Below, piece after piece: positions 7,473 to 15,413 of a stretch of 28,763 nt of DNA. Source of the stretch: an uncultured Phycisphaeraceae bacterium (GTDB lineage: Bacteria; Planctomycetota; Phycisphaerae; Phycisphaerales; Phycisphaeraceae); contig CAZVNU010000001.1 of the NCBI GenBank assembly GCA_964628335.1, positions 1 through 28,763 of the forward strand. Direction: 5' to 3'. The notes beneath the pieces are model-generated. The model made no database searches. It was not told where the DNA came from and saw only the letters and a program-made list of their open reading frames with translations. Each line of letters starts with the position of its first letter. Position 1 is the stretch's first letter. A program made the position numbers and the translations under genes.

Positions 7473-9005
7473 TCACCACTCCGGCAGCACGATGTACATC
7501 TCACGCGGGCGAATCTCGATGAACAGCGTGCCTTTGGCCACCTGCAGACGCTGCAATGCCAGTTGTTTGCCGCTGGCAGTGATGCGCACGATGTTGACGA
7601 ACTTGGTCAACTCCCAGCCCTTGGGCAATTCCCACGGCTTGGCCTCGTAACCCTTTATGCTGTAAATCAACATGGGGTGCTGGTCGTCGTTGTAGCCCTT
7701 CCACCATGGCAGAGGGATGAAGCAATCGCCTTTTTGGCCATCGTACATCTTGCCCCATTCCTGCGCCGTCGGCCGTTTGCCATGGCGCTCGCGGTACCAA
7801 TTCTCAAACAGTGCCGGCGCGGCCTTGAGCGCGAACTGGTCGCGCAAACCGTCCCAATCGCGCTCTTCCTGTTTCATCTCTTCGATCAGACGCATCTTGG
7901 TGCCGTAATACAGCGAGGGCACCACCTCGGGCTTGGTCTTGTCGTTCTTGAACGGCTTTTTGTAATGCCAGGCGAACGGCTGCAGACCGATGAAGGGGTC
8001 GATGCGTCCGATGGTGCTTTCATCGCACACCACATCGACCTGCCAATCGCGGAAATAACGGAAGGTTTTGCGCTGGGCCGCGGCCTCTTGCTCATAGGTG
8101 TAGCCCAGGAACGGGCTGATGCCCTCGAAACCCTTGGATACCGGCCCGGTGTCAAACACCGATTTGTAGGCGTCTTGCCCCGCGTTGGGATCCACCACCG
8201 GCGGCGGCACCGTGCGGAAGCCGTCGAGCATGATGGTGTGCCCGTAAAACCGGCCGTTGATCGCGCTTTGCTTGCACTCGTACAACTCGGGAATCGCCTG
8301 CATCAATGCATCAATGCGTTTCTTGGCCAGGCCGGTTTCCCATTCCTTGGCGTAACTCAGGCGGTAAAACTGCGCCCCGTCGGCCACATGGTCCTTGATC
8401 GGCTGGCCGGCCTTGTCCTTGGCCACCACATCCTTGGCCAGATACTCCGCCCACAGCGGGCTGTCTTCACTGGCATCCGACATGTTCAGTTGCAGGCTCA
8501 CCGTGGTGTTGTGCTTGCGCGCCTCGACCATCAGGCGACGCAGACCCGTGAGCGCGTCCTTGCTGGAGCCTTTGAGTTGCGGATTGACCAGGGTCCAATC
8601 CGGCGCGCGCGCGGCGGTGCCGTTGCCCTGCCAACCGACCAGATAAATGATTTTGTTGACCTCGCAGGTGATGCCGTCCAAACGCTCGATCACCTTGAGC
8701 GCCTGGTCGAAGTTCATCAACACTTCGCACTCGCCGTCTTCCAACCTTTGCGACAACTGCAACTTCATGATGATGGACTGGTCGTATTTGTGGAACCAAT
8801 CGCGCTCCGCCTGCTTGGTTTTGGTCCAGTCGTAAGGCGCCCCTGAAGGTTGATAATCCGCCGGACGCGCCTTCAATTCACTCAGTTTGATTTCCGGCTT
8901 GCGCGGCGGCAACGGCCGGCGCTTGGGCGCCACGCCGGCGGCCAGCGCCGCGCCAACGGGCGACAGCAGAAGAAAAAGGGCCAATAGGGGGGGAGCCAGG
9001 CGCAT
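7473..9005 (-). CDS. Secreted GH101-like (endo-alpha-N-acetylgalactosaminidase family) protein, possibly with degenerate active-site motifs
   Basis: Signal peptide; IIMKL...FDQALKVIERLDGIT...KIIYLVGWQ...VNPQLK...LMVEARKHNTTVSL.LNM.DA.EDSPLW resembles bacterial GH101-like proteins (recognition from memory, not a search). Confidence 0.6.
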   Translation of the reverse strand: MRLAPPLLALFLLLSPVGAALAAGVAPKRRPLPPRKPEIKLSELKARPADYQPSGAPYDWTKTKQAERDWFHKYDQSIIMKLQLSQRLEDGECEVLMNFDQALKVIERLDGITCEVNKIIYLVGWQGNGTAARAPDWTLVNPQLKGSSKDALTGLRRLMVEARKHNTTVSLQLNMSDASEDSPLWAEYLAKDVVAKDKAGQPIKDHVADGAQFYRLSYAKEWETGLAKKRIDALMQAIPELYECKQSAINGRFYGHTIMLDGFRTVPPPVVDPNAGQDAYKSVFDTGPVSKGFEGISPFLGYTYEQEAAAQRKTFRYFRDWQVDVVCDESTIGRIDPFIGLQPFAWHYKKPFKNDKTKPEVVPSLYYGTKMRLIEEMKQEERDWDGLRDQFALKAAPALFENWYRERHGKRPTAQEWGKMYDGQKGDCFIPLPWWKGYNDDQHPMLIYSIKGYEAKPWELPKGWELTKFVNIVRITASGKQLALQRLQVAKGTLFIEIRPREMYIVLPEW

Positions 9006-9060
9006 GGGGAGGATTTTAGAGGCAGATTTTGACCAAGCCAGCCCTCCGGGGAAAAAAGAA

Positions 9061-9103
9061 TTGCCAACCTATGCTTCCATCCAATACTATGCTTCACATA
9101 GTA
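9061..9103 (+). promoter_or_regulatory. Sigma70-like promoter with overlapping inverted-repeat operator upstream of padR
   Basis: TTGCCA (9061) -N18- TACTAT (9085); perfect IR TACTATG-N5-CATAGTA at 9085-9103; CTATGCTTC repeated at 9069 and 9087. Confidence 0.6.
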
Positions 9104-9126
9104 CTCTCCTTTTTTGCAGGCCACCC

Positions 9127-9480
9127 ATGAAAATCGAAAAAGAACTGATGCGCGGCGCCGGCCCCCTGGCCGTGATGAAACAACTCTCGCGCGGGGAGAT
9201 GTACGGCTATGAACTGGTCAAAGCCCTGTCGCGCCAAAGCGGCGGCGTGCTGGACATGGGCCAATCCACGCTCTACCCCATGCTCTACAACATGGAGGCC
9301 AAAGGCCTGGTCAATTCGCGCGCGGAGGACGGCCCCAACGGCAAGCCGCGCAAGTATTACTTCCTCACCAGCGCCGGCAAAAAACACTTGGTGGCGGAAG
9401 AAGGGCGCTGGAAGACCTTGGTCAAGGCGATGGGGGCGCTGGGCCTTGGCGGCGCGCCAGTGAAGGGGGTGGCGCCATGA
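9127..9480 (+). CDS. PadR-family transcriptional regulator
   Basis: MYGYELVKAL...GQSTLYPMLYNMEAKGLV...RKYYFLTSAG winged-helix signature; start at 9127. Confidence 0.92.
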   Translation: MKIEKELMRGAGPLAVMKQLSRGEMYGYELVKALSRQSGGVLDMGQSTLYPMLYNMEAKGLVNSRAEDGPNGKPRKYYFLTSAGKKHLVAEEGRWKTLVKAMGALGLGGAPVKGVAP

Positions 9481-11339
9481 ATGGCGCTTTGCCCCCGCCC
9501 AATGACTGGAAACAATTTTTAAAGCGCCTGCAACACACGCCGCTGCGCGATCTGTTGCGTGGCAAAGGTGCGACAGGTCGTTTGGATTGGAAAAACACGC
9601 TGACGGCTTGCGCTTTGCCTGGGACCATGCAAGCCGTGGTGACGCAAATCTGCAAGCAACGAAAGTTGTGGCCATTGGAAAAAGTCGCCGTATGCCATGA
9701 ATTGATCGCGCATTTTCAGGATGGATTGGATGCCGGCGAAAGCGCCGACGACTTGGTGAAACATTTCGGCGATGCCCAAATCGCAGCGAAACTTATTTTT
9801 CGCGGCAAGGAGCGGCAGCGGCCGCTGTGGTGGCATGGGTTCAAATGGGTTTCACGTGGCTTCTTGGCGCTGGTGGTGGTGTATGCGGGATTGACGGTTT
9901 ATTATGCGATGGATCGAGTGGTGATCAAGACCGATTACTTGGCAGAGATCAACGCGGTGGCAATGGCCACGCCGGAGTCTGAGCGGGCTTGGCCGATTTA
10001 TCGGGAGGCGCTTGCAAAATGGCCGGCGTTGCGGGAGGAAGAGAAGTGGGAGGAGGTGGGAGAGGATGAGGAAAAGCGGCCGGCGAATTTTGCCGGTGCC
10101 ATTTGGTCATATGACACTTTCAAGCATGCAGCACCCGCCTGGAATTTGATTGCCCGCGAATTGGCCGCCCATCAAGAAGAACTTGACGCTTTTCGCAGCG
10201 CAGCCAAAATGCGGCATTTGGGAGTCAAATTCGGGCGCAATGGCGTTCATCAAGAAGACCTTGCGTTCTTCTCTGGGCAATCCCCACCCATCACTCTTTG
10301 CTCCGAATACAAGGGCGGCGTGGCATTGACTGCCCCAGAAATTCTGGACTCCTGCTTGCTGCACATTGCAACGCCACAGTTGTCTTCTTTACAACAGGCG
10401 ACCCATCTTCTGGCCGCGGACATGCGACATGCCTTTGCGGAGAAAAACAACGCCAAAGGGATTGCCGACCTGCGGGCCATTTTGGGATTGGCGCGGCAAT
10501 TAAGCCAAGAGCAGTTGCTCATGCCACAGTTGACGGCCAAGTCCGTCGGCAACCATGGCGTGGAGGCATTGGCGCGTGCGCTAAAGCAAAACCCCAACGC
10601 GTTTGATGTTCACACACTGCAATCCTTGGCGCAGTTGATGCGGGAAAACCCCGTTTCTGCTTTCCATCTTGATGGCGAGCGGGCTTGGTTTTTTTCCATC
10701 ATCCAAATGCATTACACCGATGACGGCCATGGCGACGGGCACTTCACTTTTGGCGGCACGCGCTCAGGCGGCATTGCCTTGATCACAGCGTCTCGCAAAG
10801 AGGCCGCAGCAATGGTGACGGATTATTTTGACCAACTGAGGGAAGAAGCCGCTATTCCCCTCTGGAAAATGCCTGGAACACCGTCTCAAAAAATTTATGA
10901 ATCCAATTGTTCTGCGGACTTTTTTCACCCCATTGGCCGCTTTCCATTTTGGGCTATTTTTCTGCCTGATCTTTCTCTTCTTCGCCGCAATACCGCCCGC
11001 GCCCAAGCCACCCACTCCGCCCTCGAACTCGGCATCGCCCTCCACCGCCACCGCCTCGCCCACCACGCCTTCCCGCAACAACTCGCCGAACTGGTCCCCG
11101 CTTGCTTGCCGCAACTTCCGGTCGACCCCATCACCGGCGGCCCACTGCATTACCGCTTGGACGAAAAGGGGCAACCCATCGTCTACTCCGTCGGCGGCGA
11201 CCGCCAGGATGACGGCGGCTATGCACCGGTCAACCGCGCCGGTGAAGACGACACCCACGCCACCCAACGCTGGGAAAACTGCGAAGTGAAAGGGGATTGG
11301 ATTTTGTGGCCGATGAGCGACCGGCCGCTGATGAAATGA
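9477..11339 (+). CDS. PadR-coupled membrane-anchored protein
   Basis: ATGA overlap with padR; N-terminal ELIAHFQDG...FGD (HAAS-like) domain, one TM helix, C-terminal LPVDPITGGPLHY...YSVGGDRQDDGG pseudopilin-G-like motif. Confidence 0.85.
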   Translation: MNGALPPPNDWKQFLKRLQHTPLRDLLRGKGATGRLDWKNTLTACALPGTMQAVVTQICKQRKLWPLEKVAVCHELIAHFQDGLDAGESADDLVKHFGDAQIAAKLIFRGKERQRPLWWHGFKWVSRGFLALVVVYAGLTVYYAMDRVVIKTDYLAEINAVAMATPESERAWPIYREALAKWPALREEEKWEEVGEDEEKRPANFAGAIWSYDTFKHAAPAWNLIARELAAHQEELDAFRSAAKMRHLGVKFGRNGVHQEDLAFFSGQSPPITLCSEYKGGVALTAPEILDSCLLHIATPQLSSLQQATHLLAADMRHAFAEKNNAKGIADLRAILGLARQLSQEQLLMPQLTAKSVGNHGVEALARALKQNPNAFDVHTLQSLAQLMRENPVSAFHLDGERAWFFSIIQMHYTDDGHGDGHFTFGGTRSGGIALITASRKEAAAMVTDYFDQLREEAAIPLWKMPGTPSQKIYESNCSADFFHPIGRFPFWAIFLPDLSLLRRNTARAQATHSALELGIALHRHRLAHHAFPQQLAELVPACLPQLPVDPITGGPLHYRLDEKGQPIVYSVGGDRQDDGGYAPVNRAGEDDTHATQRWENCEVKGDWILWPMSDRPLMK

Positions 11340-11341
11340 CT

Positions 11342-11494
11342 GGGAGGGCGGACTTCAGTCTGCCAAACAAAATCGCGGCTCAACGCCGCGATTTTTAGTG
11401 GAGATGGGATGAGACAACCTCTTGGCGTCGACCTTTTAATTTTCACGGGCATTGAGCCCGTGAAAATGCTTGGTAGACTGAAGTCCGCCCTCCC
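11342..11494. repeat. Inverted pair of family-1 REP units downstream of RAYT
   Basis: GGGAGGGCGGACTTCAGTCTGCC at 11342-11364 and an inverted copy at 11472-11494; second hairpins at 11369-11395 and 11439-11467. Confidence 0.88.
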
Positions 11495-11497
11495 GGT

Positions 11498-12178
11498 TTA
11501 TGCATTGGAGACTTTCCATAACTCCTCCACGCCGTTGGCCACGCCGAACCAGCGCCAATGCCTCAAACCTGCCTGCTTTGGATTGTCCATCACATCGATC
11601 ACGGCGTTTTTCAAATGCTCCCTGTTGCGGATCAACCGATCGAAAGATTCACGCATCCAGAGTGTTCCCGTTCGACCAAGCATCGGATTGATCCGATGGG
11701 TGGAGCCCCCTTTCCACGATTGCAGGATTCTGCCGAGCGTTTCCCCCTCAAAGGGGCGCAGGATCACATGCACATGGTTCGGCATCACGCACCAAGCCAA
11801 CAAATCGTAGCGCTCACCGTCGCAACGAATCATCGTTTGTTGCATCAAGTCGGCAATTTCAGGTTGGCGTAAAACGCATTCGCCATAACCTTGGTCCAGC
11901 CAATGTTGGATGCGCTGTCCACGCAAGATGGCCAGACGCTCGCATTCTGAATCCAGCAGAATGCCGCCGATTTTTTGCGCCTTGGATTCCAGCATGGTGC
12001 GCTCTTTGTCCCATGCCTCCAGTTTTTCCTGCGGCAAGCTATCCGCCAGACGAAAGGTAATGGCATGCGTGGCACCCGACAATTCCCAATGCGGCAAGCG
12101 TCCCGCGGCACGGCGATGAATGGTGCCGAGTTCCCATTGATGGGCGGCCAGCAAGGCTTCGCAAGAAGTGAAAAACAC
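11498..12178 (-). CDS. REP-associated tyrosine transposase (RAYT, Y1/HUH family), probably catalytically impaired
   Basis: ITFRLADSLP, WCVMPNHVHVIL (HUH), W.RESFDRLIR, NP motif; Asp occupies the expected catalytic Tyr position (VIDVMDNP). Confidence 0.85.
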   Translation of the reverse strand: MFFTSCEALLAAHQWELGTIHRRAAGRLPHWELSGATHAITFRLADSLPQEKLEAWDKERTMLESKAQKIGGILLDSECERLAILRGQRIQHWLDQGYGECVLRQPEIADLMQQTMIRCDGERYDLLAWCVMPNHVHVILRPFEGETLGRILQSWKGGSTHRINPMLGRTGTLWMRESFDRLIRNREHLKNAVIDVMDNPKQAGLRHWRWFGVANGVEELWKVSNA

Positions 12179-12192
12179 GGAGCCAGTTTACC

Positions 12193-12318
12193 GGGAGGGC
12201 GGACTTCAGTCTGCCAAACGAAATCACGGCTCAACGCCGCGATTTTTAGTGGGCATGGGATGAGACAATGTCTTGACGCCAACCCTTCATTGCTGCGGGC
12301 ATCGAGCCCGCAGCAATG
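12193..12318. repeat. Family-1 REP unit upstream of RAYT plus degraded partner
   Basis: REP at 12193-12215, second hairpin 12221-12245, spacer similar to 11400-11435, and an orphan hairpin CATTGCTGCGGGC-ATCGA-GCCCGCAGCAATG at 12288-12318. Confidence 0.8.
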
Positions 12319-12380
12319 CGCAGGAAGCGAAGGCGTGGTCGAGGGCGATGTGGCGGTAGGCTTCGGCGTATGGATGCCTG

Positions 12381-12487
12381 CTGCCAGCGCGCCAGATAGA
12401 GCTCGGCGATCTTTTCCTTCGGGAACCGTTCCGTGTCCAGCAGCGTGGTGACCGGGGTGATCTCCTGCGGGCGGAAACCCGATCCGC
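12381..12487 (-). pseudogene. IS4-family (DDE) transposase remnant
   Basis: Reads SGFRPQEITPVTTLLDTERFPKEKIAELYLARWQ, matching the IS4 TTL...LY..RW motif; no start or remainder of the gene. Confidence 0.6.
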
Positions 12488-12524
12488 GATGACCGGCGTT
12501 CTGCCCATCGGCGATACTTCCCCC

Positions 12525-13043
12525 ATGCCCTGGCTCCTCTACTGCCTCCTGATTGCCCTCCTTTTCGCCGGCCTGTGGATCAACCTCCTGGGCTTGCCCG
12601 GCCTGTGGCTGATGATCGTCGCCCACGCCACCTACGGCTGGGCCACGGACTGGGGCGTGCACGCCTCTTGGGAATCGGTCGCCCTGTTGGCGGGCATCGC
12701 GTGCCTGGCGGAACTCGCGGAGTTCTTCTCCGGCGCGGCCGGCGCCAAGTCCGCCGGCGGCTCCAAGCGCGGCATGCTCGGGGCGATGGCCGGCGGATTG
12801 CTCGGCGGATTGCTCCTCACCTTTCTGGTGCCGGTGCCGATCGTCGGAACGATCATCGGCGTGCTCTCCGGCACCTTCCTGGGGGCTCTGGCCAGCGAAG
12901 TGTTGTGGGTCGGCCGCCCCGGCGCCCATGCGGCCAAGATCGGCCTGCGCGCCGCATTGGGCCGTTTGCTTGGCATCCTGATCAAGACCGCCGCCGGTTT
13001 GGCCATCCTGATCTACGCGGCCGTGCGCGGCTTCCCGGGTTGA
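12525..13043 (+). CDS. DUF456-family membrane protein
   Basis: GLPG motif, AGAKSAGGSKRGMLGAMAGG, PVPIVGTIIG...GTFLGA; likely start MPWLLY at 12525. Confidence 0.8.
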   Translation: MPWLLYCLLIALLFAGLWINLLGLPGLWLMIVAHATYGWATDWGVHASWESVALLAGIACLAELAEFFSGAAGAKSAGGSKRGMLGAMAGGLLGGLLLTFLVPVPIVGTIIGVLSGTFLGALASEVLWVGRPGAHAAKIGLRAALGRLLGILIKTAAGLAILIYAAVRGFPG

Positions 13044-13050
13044 TGCATGA

Positions 13051-13080
13051 AAAAACGCGCGCCCGGCGGCGCGCGTTTTT
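13051..13080. terminator. Bidirectional intrinsic terminator
   Basis: AAAAACGCGCGCC-CGGC-GGCGCGCGTTTTT, a perfect 13-bp inverted repeat between convergent genes. Confidence 0.85.
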
Positions 13081-13119
13081 GGGACTTTTAGGGAGCCATG
13101 CGGAAGGATCCGCCTTGTC

Positions 13120-15213
13120 TCACTTCACCAGCGCGCTGACGAGCGCCCGCCCGTCGCGCTCGGCGGTCGCGCCGTCGAGGAAGGCATCCAGCGCGATGGC
13201 GCCGAGTTCGCCGCCGCTGCGGTGGCGCACGGAAACCGTGCGCGCTTCGGCATCCTTGCCGCCCACCACCAGCATGTAGGGCACCTTCTCGTCCTGCGCC
13301 ACTTTGATCTTGCCGCCGATGCGGTCGTTGCTTTCATCGAGCGTGACGCGGAAGTGGCGCGCCTTGAGATGCGCTTCGACTTCTTGCGCGTAGCCGAGGA
13401 ATTTCTCCGAGATCGGCAGGATGCGGATCTGCTCGGGCGAGAGCCACAGCGGGAAGGCGGCGGCGAAGTGCTCGATGAGCACGCCGACGAAACGCTCCAT
13501 CGAGCCGAAGGGCGCGCGGTGCACCATGATGGGGGCGTGGGGGGTGTTGTCGGCGCCGATGTATTCCAACTTGAAGCGCTGCGGCAATTGGTAGTCCACC
13601 TGCACGGTGCCCAACTGCCATTCGCGGCCGACGCAGTCCTTGACCACGAAGTCGATCTTGGGGCCGTAGAAGGCCGCTTCGCCCGGCTCGGCGCTGTAGG
13701 CCACGCCCAGCGATTGGGCCGCATCCAAGCAGGCTTTTTCGGCGGCGTCCCATTGCTCTTGGCTGCCGACGAATTTGCTGGAGTCCGGGTCGCGCAGGCC
13801 CACGCGCACGCGGTAGTCGCTCATGCCCAGCGTGTTGAACACGATCTTCACGAGATCCAGGCAGCCCTGCACTTCCTGCGCCAAGGTTTCCGGCGTGACG
13901 AACAGGTGGGCGTCGTCCTGGGTGAAGCCGCGCACGCGGGTCATGCCGCCGAGTTCGCCGGATTGCTCGAAGCGGTACACCGTGCCGAACTCGGCCAGGC
14001 GCAACGGCAGGTCGCGGTACGAGCGCTTTTCGCTGGCGTAGATGCTGATGTGGTGCGGGCAGTTCATCGGTTTGAGCAGGTAGCCGTCGAGTTGGCCGTT
14101 GTCCAATTTGTTGGCGATGTCGGAACACGAGCAGCCCTCGTGCGCCAATTTTTCCATGTCGGCGGGGTCGATGATGGGGGGGAACTGGCTGGCTTTGTAA
14201 TAGGGGAAGTGGCCGCTGGTGCGGTACAGCTCCAGCTTGCCGATGTGCGGGGTGAACACATGGTGGTAGCCCTGGCGCTCCAAATGCTCGCTGATGAACT
14301 TCTGCAATTCCAAACGCAGGGCGGCACCCTTGGGCTTCCACAAAATCAGGCCTTGCCCGACCTTTTCATCGATGCAGAACAAACCATGCTGGCGGCCCAG
14401 CACGCGGTGGTCGCGGGCGCGGGCTTCTTCCTGCATCTTCAAATGGGCATCCAGTTCAGCCTGCGTGAAAAAGGCCGTGCCATACACGCGCTGGAAGCGG
14501 TCGCTGGTCACATCCCCGTGCCAGTGCGCGGAGGCGACCGACATCACCTTGCAGCCGCCGATCAAGCCGGTGGCGGGGATGTGCGGGCCTTGGCAGAGGT
14601 CCTCGAAGTTTTGCTCGGGGGTGCCGGTGGCATACCACGACAACACCGTCGCGCCGCCGGTGACGGCGCGCTGCGCATTGTCGATCTTGTACTTGTTGCC
14701 TTCGGCGGTGAGGCGCGCCATGCCGTCGGAGAGATCCTTTTCAAAGCGGGTGAGCGGGCGGTTCTCCGCCACGATCTTTTTCATCTCTTCGTCAATCTTG
14801 CCGAAGTCATCCGACGAGATCGGCGTCTCCAACGCCATGTCGTAATAAAAATTGTGCTCCAGCGCCGGGCCGTAAGCCAATTGCGCCGTGGGGTACAGAC
14901 GCAGAATCGCCTCGGCCATCACATGGGCGCAAGTGTGGCGCAGCAGGAACAGCGCGTCGGCCTTGTGCTTGTCGTCGCGGTAGGTGGTGGTGCCGTCCTT
15001 GCCGATCTTGGGGCAGGTGACGATGCCGATGGCGCAATCACCCGGCAGCGGGCGGTGCAAATCCCACAATTGGCTGTCTTTGGCGCCGGGCAACGAAACC
15101 CGCGCGCCGATGGACGCCTTGGCCAAACCCGCGCCGATGGACGAGGCCACCGTGAAGGCCGAAGAACCGGCGGGGAGGTCAAGCGTTTTGCCGTCGGGAA
15201 GCGTGATGAGCAT
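13120..15213 (-). CDS. thrS: Threonine--tRNA ligase
   Basis: TGS domain, RHTCAHVMAEA editing motif, DLCQGPH, LKPMNCPHH, RVRGFTQDDAH, GEAAFYGPKID, HRAPFGSMERF, anticodon-binding domain. Confidence 0.98.
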   Translation of the reverse strand: MLITLPDGKTLDLPAGSSAFTVASSIGAGLAKASIGARVSLPGAKDSQLWDLHRPLPGDCAIGIVTCPKIGKDGTTTYRDDKHKADALFLLRHTCAHVMAEAILRLYPTAQLAYGPALEHNFYYDMALETPISSDDFGKIDEEMKKIVAENRPLTRFEKDLSDGMARLTAEGNKYKIDNAQRAVTGGATVLSWYATGTPEQNFEDLCQGPHIPATGLIGGCKVMSVASAHWHGDVTSDRFQRVYGTAFFTQAELDAHLKMQEEARARDHRVLGRQHGLFCIDEKVGQGLILWKPKGAALRLELQKFISEHLERQGYHHVFTPHIGKLELYRTSGHFPYYKASQFPPIIDPADMEKLAHEGCSCSDIANKLDNGQLDGYLLKPMNCPHHISIYASEKRSYRDLPLRLAEFGTVYRFEQSGELGGMTRVRGFTQDDAHLFVTPETLAQEVQGCLDLVKIVFNTLGMSDYRVRVGLRDPDSSKFVGSQEQWDAAEKACLDAAQSLGVAYSAEPGEAAFYGPKIDFVVKDCVGREWQLGTVQVDYQLPQRFKLEYIGADNTPHAPIMVHRAPFGSMERFVGVLIEHFAAAFPLWLSPEQIRILPISEKFLGYAQEVEAHLKARHFRVTLDESNDRIGGKIKVAQDEKVPYMLVVGGKDAEARTVSVRHRSGGELGAIALDAFLDGATAERDGRALVSALVK

Positions 15214-15284
15214 GGGGAGGGGGCTGTGAAATAAAAGAAAGGAAAAGCGGGAAAGGGACGCAATTCTAAAGGATGCCGCCCCAT

Positions 15285-15313
15285 TTGCCCCAAAAGCCGG
15301 CCTTGCCTACAAT
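15285..15313 (+). promoter_or_regulatory. Sigma70-like promoter of tRNA-Val
   Basis: TTGCCC (15285) -N17- TACAAT (15308), 26 bp upstream of the tRNA. Confidence 0.7.
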
Positions 15314-15339
15314 CCCCACCCCTCCTTCGGGAGCACCCC

Positions 15340-15413
15340 GGGCAGTTAGCTCAGTTGGCTAGAGCGCATCGTTGACATCGATGAGGTCACTGGTTCGAGT
15401 CCAGTACCGCCCA
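15340..15413 (+). tRNA. tRNA-Val (anticodon GAC), CCA not encoded
   Basis: Cloverleaf: GGGCAGT/ACCGCCC acceptor (A5-C68 mismatch), GCTC/GAGC D-stem, CATCG-TTGACAT-CGATG anticodon arm, ACTGG-TTCGAGT-CCAGT T arm, discriminator A. Confidence 0.95.

Noticed and set aside
13222-15234. 670-aa plus-strand ORF and other long antisense ORFs (e.g. 7194..8846, 1614..2465, 5665..6492)
   Set aside because: Shadow frames of well-supported genes in GC-rich DNA; no domain motifs.
15214-15339. T-box or operator-type leader for thrS
   Set aside because: The 126-bp spacer is mostly the divergent tRNA promoter; no T-box motif or anticodon-mimic hairpins are seen.
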